A stretch of DNA of 64,000 nucleotides from Nitrososphaerales archaeon (GTDB taxonomy: Archaea > Thermoproteota > Nitrososphaeria > Nitrososphaerales > UBA213), in assembly GCA_965197925.1 (NCBI GenBank), contig CBDAOC010000020.1:224001-288000 (forward strand). Reading direction: 5' to 3'. Of the stretch, positions 1-10,500 are shown one piece after another. Within the stretch, counting starts at the first letter, position 1. Each line of letters begins with the position of its first letter. The notes under the pieces are model-generated. The model saw nothing but the letters and a program-made list of their open reading frames with translations. It made no database searches and had not been told where the DNA came from. The position numbers and the translations under genes were made by a program.

Positions 1-1
1 A

Positions 2-667
2 ATCCTTGTTTATTCTGTTCATGGAAACAGTGTAGGTAATCGAAAGAGTCCTAAGAATCCTGATCAGAGAAGCAAGATGGCGGAGGAGTTGGCGAAAAGA
101 AGAGCCACCACGATTTATAATAATATTGATGTTATACTTACAATAACTGACACAAGGAGCATGCTTGCACACCACAAAAAGATCTATATGGTATAGAATG
201 CATTTCAGATGATCCGTTGGAGGCAGTTCTACATGGCATATCAACTGATGTGCCAAAGTCATTTAATGACTTCAATGTTAAAACATCTGATGAGGGGGGG
301 AAGAGAGTTGAAGATAATGAGTATAAACTTCGACACCGAGTACCAAACGGAGTTCACTACTGCCTTCAATACCCCTATCTATAAGGGAGAGAAGGATAGA
401 ATCTATTCACTAGAATATGATGTGGAAGAACCTGAGAGTTACTTTCAAAACGATTTTAGCATTAATTGCGGCAGGTATGCCATGTCGCTCATATATCCTT
501 CTGATGCGGGTTTCAAGCCGGTCGTCTACGATCTGAATATTGAGAAGGATAAGAAAAATAAATCCAAAACACAGCCCAAGATATTTGAAGTTGAAAATGG
601 TCTCATAAAGGCAACTTGGGTAAAGTCAAATGTGATAGAAGGTCAATCGTTTAAGCTGGAATGGTAA
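2..667 (+). pseudogene. 3' part of a conserved thaumarchaeal protein resembling the C-terminal domain of adenylate/guanylate-cyclase-domain proteins, with two apparent frameshifts
   Basis: Frames can be stitched as ...MLAHHKKIY/GIECISDDPLEAVLHGISTDV...DEGG/RELKIMSINFD...EYDVEEPESYFQN...GQSFKLEW. Extra AT near 188-189 and an extra G in the G7 run at 294-300. The gene starts before the window; family assignment is from memory. Confidence 0.55.
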
Positions 668-781
668 CTCCTGCTACAACTTCACACTCAACATTTAACC
701 CTTGCAACATCCAATAAATAATAAGCCTAAATTATCAATCGTTGAACCATTTAAATCAGAGAATTCCGTTTCTTAAAGAGA

Positions 782-1711
782 TTGTTAGAACCTGTAGACA
801 AGGTAGAGATTACTATACTTATGGATAATTTGACCGATCTTTTGTTAGATAGTAGTGCGGTTGCAAAGAGGCCGCCACTCTACGGGGGAGGGGTGATGTT
901 GCCCCCATTGATAGCAGAACACGGTTTTTCAGCTCTTGTAGATGTATATGGAAAATCAAAACAACGAATACTATTTGACACAGGTATTAGCGAGACTGGT
1001 ATGCTCTACAATGCTGATAGATTAGGCTTGGATCTTAACACTACAGACACTATAGTATTAAGCCATGGACACAAGGATCACTTTACTGGTCTCGTACCTT
1101 TGTTGAAACAAATGAAACATGAAATCCCATTAATCTTACACCCAGATGCCTTTCTCAAAAGATTACTCGTATTCCCAAATGGAGAAAGGATGAGGTTTCC
1201 TGTTCTAATTGAAGATACTCTCACAACCAATGGTGCTTCTATAAAAAGAGTGAAAGAACCCTACTTGATTGATGGTTCAGTGCTAGCTACGGGAGAGATT
1301 CCAAGGACAACTGACTTTGAAAAGGGTTTCCCTATTCATTTTGCAGAAATAAATGGTGAATTACAACCAGACCCGCTAATCAAAGATGATCAGGCGTTGG
1401 TGTTCAATGTTAATGGGAAGGGTATTGTTATTTTAGCTGGTTGTGGTCATGCTGGGATAGTCAATACAATCAACTATGCTAGACAAGTGACTCATATAGA
1501 CAATGTTCATGCTGTTTTGGGAGGCTTCCATCTAAGTGGTAGTATATTTGAGAAAATTATCGAACCCACAGTTAATGGTCTGCGGAATCTAGAACCCAAA
1601 TATATCATACCTTCTCACTGCAGTGGGTGGAAATCCATACACAAGATAGCTTCTACAATGCCCGATGCATTCATCCAAACCAGTGTGGGTACAAAATTCG
1701 TGTTTCAATAA
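782..1711 (+). CDS. MBL-fold metallo-hydrolase (MJ0301/dihydropteroate-synthase-like subfamily)
   Basis: Motifs AEHGFS, LFDTG, LSHGHKDH, GCGHAG, GGFHL and PSHCSG. Confidence 0.85.
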   Translation: MLEPVDKVEITILMDNLTDLLLDSSAVAKRPPLYGGGVMLPPLIAEHGFSALVDVYGKSKQRILFDTGISETGMLYNADRLGLDLNTTDTIVLSHGHKDHFTGLVPLLKQMKHEIPLILHPDAFLKRLLVFPNGERMRFPVLIEDTLTTNGASIKRVKEPYLIDGSVLATGEIPRTTDFEKGFPIHFAEINGELQPDPLIKDDQALVFNVNGKGIVILAGCGHAGIVNTINYARQVTHIDNVHAVLGGFHLSGSIFEKIIEPTVNGLRNLEPKYIIPSHCSGWKSIHKIASTMPDAFIQTSVGTKFVFQ

Positions 1712-1741
1712 GTTTATTCCTATAGATACTTACTTTTTGCT

Positions 1742-2740
1742 ATGAGTAATCTTGACACAGGAGCAACAAATGCGGTACAAACCTGCATGGGAGTAAATGA
1801 ATCCGACAGCGTTATGATAGTAACTGACCAAAATACTGAGGAAGTTGCAAATGCAATTTATCGTAAAGCCAAGTCCATAGCAAATAGTCGGATATTTGTA
1901 TTAGAGGATTATGCTCCAAGGCCCATTAACAAAATTCCAGGTGAATTAATCAAGGCAATTCCTGATGCTACTGTTACTTTCTGGGCAACACAAATGTATT
2001 ATGGAGAACTCAAGTCCAGGACACTTTTCAAAACTGAGGCCTTGAAGTATGCTAGACATGCTCATATGCCAGGATTGACCAGGGAGATAATGGAGCAAGG
2101 TATGTGTGCTGATTACAATTTGATCCACAAAATAACTATGAAAATTTATGAGCTTGTTAAGAATATCAGTAGTATTAAAGTTAGAAGTTCAGATGGAACT
2201 TCATTAGATCTAGAGTTCGACAAAAACTGGAGATGGATTCCAAGTCATGGTATCTTTCATGAAAGAGGTATGTGGGGAAATCTTCCCGACGGTGAGGTTT
2301 TTGGAACCCCGTATAATGTTAATGGTACAACTGTGGCTTCCGAACTTGGAGATTGGTTTGCTAAGAAATATGGTTATTTGCACGATAAGGTTCATTTTGA
2401 AATCAAGAATTCAAGGATCAATCTAGATCACATCCATTGTGATGATAAAGAATTGGAGGGTGAACTGTTGCGGTATCTTCAAACTGATGTGAATAGTAAT
2501 AGAGCCTCGGAATTCGCTATTCCCACGAATATTTCATTAATGGATCGTCCGTTAATAGGAAATATGCTTCAAGACGAGAAGGCCAGAGTGCATATGGCCT
2601 TTGGTGATCCATATGGATCTCAGACAAGTGCTAATTGGAAATCTAGCACCCATATAGACTTCATCCTTGAAGAGTGTGACGTTACCGTGGATGATGTTGA
2701 GGTGATCAAGAAAGGGAAGTTATGCTCTACGAATGAATGA
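1742..2740 (+). CDS. M29-family metallo-aminopeptidase (aminopeptidase T/II-like)
   Basis: NLPDGEVF, EFAI, DEKA-VHMAFG and S--HID motifs typical of M29. Confidence 0.85.
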   Translation: MSNLDTGATNAVQTCMGVNESDSVMIVTDQNTEEVANAIYRKAKSIANSRIFVLEDYAPRPINKIPGELIKAIPDATVTFWATQMYYGELKSRTLFKTEALKYARHAHMPGLTREIMEQGMCADYNLIHKITMKIYELVKNISSIKVRSSDGTSLDLEFDKNWRWIPSHGIFHERGMWGNLPDGEVFGTPYNVNGTTVASELGDWFAKKYGYLHDKVHFEIKNSRINLDHIHCDDKELEGELLRYLQTDVNSNRASEFAIPTNISLMDRPLIGNMLQDEKARVHMAFGDPYGSQTSANWKSSTHIDFILEECDVTVDDVEVIKKGKLCSTNE

Positions 2741-2814
2741 ATGCGATTTGGATTGGAATGGAGGAGATGAACAAATCAAACTTTATTTGTATGTAGTAAG
2801 GCACGCTAAACTGA

Positions 2815-2923
2815 GCCGGGGTGCTCTAGCCTGGGAGGAGGTAGATTATCTTGCCTAAGCCTGGAATCGGCAGAGAGCCTATGACCAGCAATGGTCGCGA
2901 GGGTTCAAATCCCTCTCCCGGCG
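2815..2923 (+). tRNA. tRNA-Ser (probably GGA) with a 14-nt intron at 29/30 and a second ~9-nt insert in the anticodon loop
   Basis: Acceptor GCCGGGG/TCCCGGC, discriminator G, T-arm GAGGG-TTCAAAT-CCCTC and a long variable arm GACCA-GCAA-TGGTC. Removing 2845-2858 and 2867-2875 gives the anticodon arm TAGGC-CTGGAAA-GCCTA. Confidence 0.85.
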
Positions 2924-3179
2924 CCTAATATTGTGATGTAGGCCTAATGAATAAAATTTACACACTTTAAACGTACAGGGCCTGTAAGCTGCTACACATT
3001 CGAATTGGTGGAATTGAATTAGTTTGATTTTGTGCGAATTCATACTAGAAAAACCGGCCCAAAATCACTAACTCTAGCAACATCATATGATCAACTTAAA
3101 GAATGGCTTTCCGTTAGTCCTAAGAGTATTTCAAGAATGGGATAAAGTTTAATATCTTTGCTCTTTCATGAATTTATTC

Positions 3180-3563
3180 ATGAACAAAGTAGTTCACTTT
3201 GAGATTCCGTTTGATGACCAAGTAAGAGCTCAGAAATTTTACCAAGATGTGTTTGGTTGGCAGATAAACAAGTTCGGAGAGATGGACTATTGGATGGCCA
3301 TGACCTGCGATTGCGACCAAAACTCAATGATGCCAAAAGAACCCGGTGCAATAAACGGTGGTTTACTAAAACGAGATCCTACTGGAGAACATCCAGTTAT
3401 TGTAATAGATGTGCAAAATCTTGATGAACACCTAACGAAGATCGAATCTGCAGGAGGAAAAGTAGTTATGGAAAAAATGCAGGTTGGTGATTTTGGTTTA
3501 TACGCTAGGGTCGAGGATACTGAAGGGAACGTTATTGGAGTCTGGCAGGCGCTAAAGAAATAA
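3180..3563 (+). CDS. VOC/glyoxalase family protein
   Basis: VVHFEIP...FYQDVFGW...GAINGGL...GGKVV...DTEGNVIGVWQ; followed by a T-rich tract. Confidence 0.9.
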   Translation: MNKVVHFEIPFDDQVRAQKFYQDVFGWQINKFGEMDYWMAMTCDCDQNSMMPKEPGAINGGLLKRDPTGEHPVIVIDVQNLDEHLTKIESAGGKVVMEKMQVGDFGLYARVEDTEGNVIGVWQALKK

Positions 3564-4403
3564 AAAACCGCCTAACTATTTTTTAATCAAGTTTAGCACC
3601 AATAATATACAATGAATGATGAATCCCGATATTTCTATACCATTACCAAATTGGTATAATTTCGACACCTGCTGATTTACCGATACATTGGTCCCATACC
3701 TCAATATTGCCTAAATGGGTTGTCGCCTTATTCACTATACCAATATACTCAATCTTTAATTTTCCATTATGCCTACAAGATATTCATATTGTAAACGAAG
3801 TAACAATTACCCTAGGATCTATAACAGACCGCCTTTCAGGCTTTCCAATGATCGTGCGAACCGCACGAGTTACTTTGACACCTTTATTGGCACACTTTTC
3901 GCAGTGAAGGTGATACTTGTAACCAATGGTAGGTTCTGTGATACAATATGATCTTTGATTCTGTAACTTTGGTTGTGTGTTATCTGCTTGTTTATCCGAA
4001 AGGTTACGCCTTTCATAAGAGCTTTCAGAAATACATGTGTTCCAATTAATGGACCTAATCGAGGTTCTTTCCTTCTTTGTTTCATGAGGGGCATCTAAGA
4101 GTAGAGTTGTAGCCATTCTTCTTACACCTCATAATACAATTGGCTCGATTCTACGGCTGCTTGATTGCCGATTTCAATCATTCTCTTTTGCATAGAAGTA
4201 TGATACAAAACCAACAATAAAAAAAAGACGGAAATATTGGACCCAATTCAGTTCCATATTGGAAAAAATTGTCTCTTTTAATTACCCGGGTCTAAGCAGA
4301 CAAAACCTGAAGGCAAGCAGACATCATTTTCTATTGCCTTGGTTCTAAACTACCAAATCCCAACGGTCATAATGTTTAATACCGCTAATGAAAATGTGAT
4401 CAT

Positions 4404-4658
4404 GTGCTCCCTAACCAATGCTCTATCAAGGATAAGAACGGTGATTGCCCAAATTCACCTTCATATTTAATATCTATAACACACAATTCGGAAGAATATA
4501 TGATAAGTGTTGTATGTGAGGAACATAAGATAAGTATGGAGAAGCGTGTGATTAGTATGCAGAATACTGGGGATCTTATGCGTGGAATAATCAACTTGGT
4601 TTCTCTAAGACCGGTTGGGACAGATTGTGTATTAAACTATCCAGATAAAATGGAATAG
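4404..4658 (+). CDS. Small conserved Cys-containing thaumarchaeal hypothetical protein
   Basis: 84 aa with LPxxCS...CPNSP...EYM..VVCEEH...VGTDC pattern; TTTAAT box about 25 nt upstream. Confidence 0.65.
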   Translation: MLPNQCSIKDKNGDCPNSPSYLISITHNSEEYMISVVCEEHKISMEKRVISMQNTGDLMRGIINLVSLRPVGTDCVLNYPDKME

Positions 4659-4675
4659 GATCAGGTGTATACAGG

Positions 4676-5167
4676 CTACTTCTGGGAGACTTTTGTAATT
4701 GGATTGAGCCTTAAAGCAATAACCATTAACATTGATATTCCCATTACTGCTGCAAGGACTAGTGGAAATTCGGGTACAACGTTAACGGAAAATGAAGTCT
4801 TTTCCCCTACTTCTTTCTTTCCCACACTTTTTATAGTTACATCTATCGTTGCAGAACCTGTATCAATGAAGAGCACCTCAAGTACCATAATACCATCTGC
4901 AATTTCATCATGGTAGTTTTCAATCAAATTTTCTCCCTGCATTATTAGGAGATCGAAATTGACCTGCTGCATTAATTCATCATTTGATGGATCTACGAAC
5001 CTTACGACAAACTTGCTTATTTTATCGACCTGTATATCAGGCCACACTAGCTCGACCTGGTAATTACCACTTGCTGTAAGCTCCTTCAATGTATAATCCT
5101 CCTGAGAATAGACATTCATTGATGAGGAAAGAATTAGGATAACTGCAAAGAATAATTGGGCCCTCAC
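4676..5167 (-). CDS. Secreted PEF(G)-CTERM-type sorting-signal protein
   Basis: N-terminal signal peptide; C-terminal VVPEFP followed by a hydrophobic helix and basic tail. Confidence 0.75.
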   Translation of the reverse strand: MRAQLFFAVILILSSSMNVYSQEDYTLKELTASGNYQVELVWPDIQVDKISKFVVRFVDPSNDELMQQVNFDLLIMQGENLIENYHDEIADGIMVLEVLFIDTGSATIDVTIKSVGKKEVGEKTSFSVNVVPEFPLVLAAVMGISMLMVIALRLNPITKVSQK

Positions 5168-5287
5168 ATTGAAATGAAATAATTACAAGTTCTTAAGTAT
5201 TCACGAGCAGCTCATGCTGAATAATAATAAATTAATCCTATAATAATTGAGTTTTAGAGGTCTTCTCATCTTCGATCAAGGTGAATA

Positions 5288-6871
5288 CTAATCTGACGCT
5301 TGCCTCGATGTTTCTCTTACTGCTTTTGCGGTTTCCTCCTCTTTTGCAGGTGATGGTGTTGTTTTTGCATTTACGCTCTCCAAAGGTTTTGCCCCTGAAA
5401 GAGATTTCTGTGGTACCTCTACAACTACAGGTAGCGGCTTTTCACTTTCATGTTTAGATTCCTTCTGAATAGACGCTTTTGGCAGCACTGGCTTGAAAGC
5501 CTTTGCTTGCTGGCTTGAATACCTATAAATGTGAAATATACCGGCAAATGTCAGAAGTATTAGACCCACCAAGAATAGTTCTACATTCCTAAATCCTGCC
5601 ACAGCAGCATAGTATGCAGAAATATTCAGGTATACTTGGAACACTAACAATGCTATAAGAAGTAACCATATCCAGTTCTCAGGCAACGTGATACTCTTTC
5701 TGGTTTCTCCTGCCAACTTCCTCTTCGCTGACTCGATCTTATTTCTATATTCAGCATGCCTCGCGAGCTTTATCATCATATAAGTAAATCCAAATGACAT
5801 TGGTACCAGAAGCAGCATAACTGTGTAGAATACTATTGGATCTATTACCAGTCTTTCCGTAAGCGACTTTAACCTGTCGGGATCTATGTAGAACCCCCAG
5901 TAGGTCGTCACCATTATCTGTGCCAAGCTTGTTATTCCTATTGCCGTTATCAAAGGCCTATCCTTCCAAGAGAACTTCTTATACCTGTCAATGAAGGGTA
6001 TCAAAAGCAATGCTCCTATGAACAACCCAGGCCATAATACCCCTGTTACGAACTTGTCAAACTGTGTTCTAAGGAAGGCATAGATCGCCGTAAGATACCA
6101 TTCTGGAACTGTGACGCCTGGTGGACTTGAAGGTTCAAACTTGGTACCAAGTTCTACAGGGAAAACACCGCCGGTTATGAATAAAACGCCGGTCACTGCC
6201 ATTACCATGGGAACGTCAAACACTAGGAAACGTGGAAAATGAACTGCCATCAGTCCTAGCATAACTATTGGGAGTATGAACACATGCAAAGCATAGAACC
6301 GTAGGACAAAATCAGCAAAGCCTGATCCAAAAATCATATGACCAATATCAGGGCCCATGACGGGTATAGAATTAGTTAAAGAAGCTGCTATACTTATAGC
6401 AAGCTCCGCTCTTTCGTTGTAAATGATATCATAACCCGTGAACGCCTCCAGTATCGTTACAGTCCCTAGAATAACTCCTGTTACCCATAACACCTCGTTC
6501 CTGATCTTGTATCTTCCGCTGAAGAATTGATAATACATATGTGCTAAGGCAAGGAAGACCATCGCGTTGGAAGCATGATAATGTATATTCCTTATGTGAA
6601 ATCCGTATGGAATAACATCATTGATCCTTTCAACACTATCAAATGCTCTATCAAGGATCGGCTCATAATAAAACATCAAAAGGGCCCCAGTTATGCCGAG
6701 AATTATGAAGGTGATGAATGTTAGCATTCCCAAAAATCCCAACGGACTTACGAATCTCGATGGAAAAGTAAACTTCAAGCCCAAGAAGAGGGTTCTCTCC
6801 AGTCCTCCCCAGAGCCACTTGAAGAACCTTACTATACCATTCTCATTCTTTAAGGAAGCGACCATATCCAA
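5288..6871 (-). CDS. petB: Cytochrome b (b6 + subunit IV fusion) of complex III
   Basis: Heme-ligand His pairs in RNIHYH...LAHMY and YALHVF...AVHFP; PEWY motif; many transmembrane helices. Confidence 0.95.
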   Translation of the reverse strand: MDMVASLKNENGIVRFFKWLWGGLERTLFLGLKFTFPSRFVSPLGFLGMLTFITFIILGITGALLMFYYEPILDRAFDSVERINDVIPYGFHIRNIHYHASNAMVFLALAHMYYQFFSGRYKIRNEVLWVTGVILGTVTILEAFTGYDIIYNERAELAISIAASLTNSIPVMGPDIGHMIFGSGFADFVLRFYALHVFILPIVMLGLMAVHFPRFLVFDVPMVMAVTGVLFITGGVFPVELGTKFEPSSPPGVTVPEWYLTAIYAFLRTQFDKFVTGVLWPGLFIGALLLIPFIDRYKKFSWKDRPLITAIGITSLAQIMVTTYWGFYIDPDRLKSLTERLVIDPIVFYTVMLLLVPMSFGFTYMMIKLARHAEYRNKIESAKRKLAGETRKSITLPENWIWLLLIALLVFQVYLNISAYYAAVAGFRNVELFLVGLILLTFAGIFHIYRYSSQQAKAFKPVLPKASIQKESKHESEKPLPVVVEVPQKSLSGAKPLESVNAKTTPSPAKEEETAKAVRETSRQASD

Positions 6872-7463
6872 CTATCCCATTTTCATTTACATTCCAAACG
6901 GCCGGCAGAATCCATAGAAGTCCATTACTATCAACCTCAAGGTTCAATTGTGGTAATACATTCGATGGGGGTGCCTGCAATGAAGCAGGGCCGGCTGTGG
7001 CCTTTCCTGTCCTAGCATCATAAAGGGTACCATGACATGGACATTCACCACGCTTCTTAGTCTCATCAGGCCAGTACTTCCACATACACCAAAGATGCAG
7101 GCAGACCATGCTATAGGCACGGAATGCGGAAGAGTCGGTTACATCTCCTCCCATCTCTTTAGGCAAGCGAATAAACTGCCACCGCCTGAAAGGTTCCTCA
7201 TCCAGAACTCTATCACCTGTAAAAGGATATACGATTGCTTCTGAATGATTTACAGGAAACGTTTTGACTTTTGCCTGTGATCCATCAGGAAGTACTACCT
7301 TGGCACGATCCAATCCTACACCAGCAGGGTTGGGCATGAATTTACCCCAGTCAATGAATGGGGTAAATGTCATAACTGTGCCCGCTGCCGCCATTAGTTT
7401 AAGAAAATCACGTCTTGAGAGCTTGCCACCTTGATCAGATGGTTGCTGACTCATAATAATCAT
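6843..7463 (-). CDS. petC: Rieske 2Fe-2S subunit of complex III with Tat signal
   Basis: SRRDFLK twin-arginine motif; CLHLWC and CPCHG boxes; overlaps petB. Confidence 0.95.
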   Translation of the reverse strand: MIIMSQQPSDQGGKLSRRDFLKLMAAAGTVMTFTPFIDWGKFMPNPAGVGLDRAKVVLPDGSQAKVKTFPVNHSEAIVYPFTGDRVLDEEPFRRWQFIRLPKEMGGDVTDSSAFRAYSMVCLHLWCMWKYWPDETKKRGECPCHGTLYDARTGKATAGPASLQAPPSNVLPQLNLEVDSNGLLWILPAVWNVNENGIVGYGRFLKE

Positions 7464-7512
7464 AAAAACATGAAGTGAATAAATTTATAAACGTTCTCCA
7501 AGGGACCTGATT

Positions 7513-10500
7513 TCAACTAGTTCGTTTTCTATGCTTGACCAATAGCACAGCACCTGTTGCTCCTCCACCAATTGCAAGACCTACTATAAGGCCCATTAAA
7601 AGACCTTTTTCAATACCAATTTTAGTACCAATTTCAATACCTTCCTCTTGTGCACTTAACAATGTAGGTCCCATGTTCTCCGTGACCATCTTGACTGATG
7701 TAGATCCAATGTTTCCAGCTCTATCCTCTGCAATGACCTCCAGCACATACTCCTTGTCGAAGAGGGTAGTTGTATCTATTTCATATGAACCAGAATCTCC
7801 GCTATCTATTGATCTGCCACCCATAACTATTGTCACATTGTTAAGGTTCTCATCCATAACATCGTACTCTACATTCAATATACCTGCAACCGTTTCACCG
7901 TCTGATGGGTTAATTATGCTGACTAGTGGTGCTGTATTGTCGACTTTGAATTCCACTGTTTCTTCCGCAAGGTTTCCAGCTCCATCCTCTGCGGTAACCA
8001 CAATATCATATTTTCCGTCTGTAAGCTCTACAGTATCAATGGTCAAGCTCTTATCATCATCAATCCTCGTTCCATTTGGTAACGTAACAGTAAAAACCTT
8101 GAGAGTTGAATCGAAGACATCAGAAATAACATCAAAACTACCAGCAACGACACTACCATATTCAGGGCTCCTAATACTCACTTCAGGGTCTGTATTATCA
8201 ACAGCAAAGATAAGATCCTCATACACCGTGTGGCCAACAGTATCTGATGCTACTATTGACAATCGATGATACCCCTCGACCATACTTCTTGTATCCAGTA
8301 TTATGGTTCGATTCTCACCCAAGCTAACTCGTTCAGATCCATTTATAGAGTAAGTGACATCCTCAAGGTTTTCGTCAACTATATCAATGGGAATCTCCAC
8401 CAAATCTCTTACATACTCCGGGAATTCTATTGTCATCTCTGGTACTTTTGTATCCGGTAGAAGAGTAGTAAATTTGGATTCGATCATGATCGGTTCCATA
8501 AGCTCCTTACCATGGAAAAGCGTTGTGTGTAACATAAGAGTATGTATCCCTGTAGAATTGACTGGCACATAAAGAACAGTGGTCGTGTTTCCGTGGTTTG
8601 AGGCAGGATAGAAACCACCACCTTCACTATACCTAGTAGTACCCAGCCAGTCGTTGCTGGGCCATCCAAGGAATACCTTAAAGACTCCAGCAGGGACTGA
8701 AGAAGCAATTATCTTGCCGCTTGGATCAGTCATCATCGCATTCACACTAGTCCAGTTGTTCTTCCAAGTAATCTTCATGTTAATTGCATTTATCGTAGCA
8801 TCGGTAATATTGAAGTGGTAATACCTCCAGTCACCAGCTGTGTATCTTGACAGCATATTAAAAGATCCGGTAATCGATGCATTGTCATACAGCAAATCAT
8901 TTCTGGGCTCGCCAGAAACTACCAAGGGAATATCTTTACTTGTAACTGTTATAGGGACTACATAAGAAACGGGTATGTTTGTGGTATGTGTTTTGCTCTC
9001 TACAGTTATGAATCCTTGATAAATACCTGGTACAGCATCTTCAGGAACATCTAACCTTGCCTGGAAAACTCGCTGGCTGTTAGGTGCCATTTCAATGTTT
9101 TCAGTATCAAGAGATAGAAGATCCCAATCTCCCTTCTTGTAAAATGCTACTGAGAGCGTGTAATTCAGGGCAGTACTGTTTTGTCTTGTGTCCCCGCTCC
9201 AGTATGAGTAGATAGTAGGGACTGGATAAACTCCCAACAATGGCGTGTTCTTTATACGGCTTGTTGGATCACTTATCATAACTTCCTGCACCGTGCCCCA
9301 AGAGCCACCCCTATTGACCATACTGAGTTCATCGAATGACACCTCCTCGTCTTCATTCTTGTCATTCCAATCGTAGAAATAGAGTGATGCTATCCTGAGT
9401 GAGTTTGCATAAATCATTTCAGTTGAGTTTTGAAATGATTCGAATGGGAAGTATGCCTTGACTATCATGATTTCAGTATCCTCAGGGATCATTTCATCAA
9501 GCTTGACATAGTTGGGTGCAAATCCCTTGTTAGTGTCGTTTAGTAGGGGGTCCTTCTCCCTTACCTCAGTTGTGCCGTTAATGCTTTTCTGCTTTATAAG
9601 CTGGAGAGCAGTGGCTTTCAAATTAACTGTAAATCCTTTGTCAGAACGATTCACTACTTGCAAAGTTGTTTCCTTGCTCTCCCCTCTGTTCACATAACCT
9701 GCATACCATTTTGAATCCTGAAGGTTTCTTTCTGGGAACGATAGAGTGTAATTTCCATCTGGAATAATTAAGGTTTGGTTACCCTTTGGTACTGATGTTG
9801 ATTGATTCCCGAGACCCATGATCTCGTAATTGTCTATGCTTTTCTTCAATAAGTTTACAATATTGGAGTAGGTATCGTTGGTATAGACAAGGAATTTACC
9901 ATTCATACCCTTAATGTATTCAGCAGCAGTAGTAGCATTTACCCTGCCCGCTCCTTGTACGAACGGTTCGCCTCGTAAGTCATCGGCCGTGGACATTAAT
10001 ATCGATTTAACGATGAATGGATTGACTTCCATCGTCTCATTCCTCAGAGCTTCCATTACAAGTGCTGCTGTGCCAGCTGCAAGCGGTGCTGCCATACTGG
10101 TACCACCAAATAGTCCAAACGCACCAGTTGCATTTTCGAGGTGTTTTGTATTGGGTGGCATTGGTACAAATCCATAAGCACCGATACTCATAACTTCAGG
10201 TTTAACATCGCCAAGCATACTCGGTCCACGGCTGGAGAATCCCGCAATATCATCATAGTGAGTGGTACTGTTTCCGAACCTTGGTTCGTTCATGGTAAAA
10301 TCATATCCTACAAAGACGTTGTTTGTAGTTGCACCAACTGTAAGCGCAAAGGGTGCACTACTAGGGGATCCCAGTGTGCCGTAACCAAAACCGGTATTCC
10401 CAGCACTATTCACCATCAGCTTACCCGGAAACTCATCTCCTATAGCACCAGGAACACTTAGCAAACTTGAAAGGAAACTTAACACATCGTACCCCGGACC

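Noticed and set aside
3600..4200. Overlapping ORFs 3707-4116
   Set aside because: Possibly an eroded gene, but no frame gives a recognisable family or a credible start.
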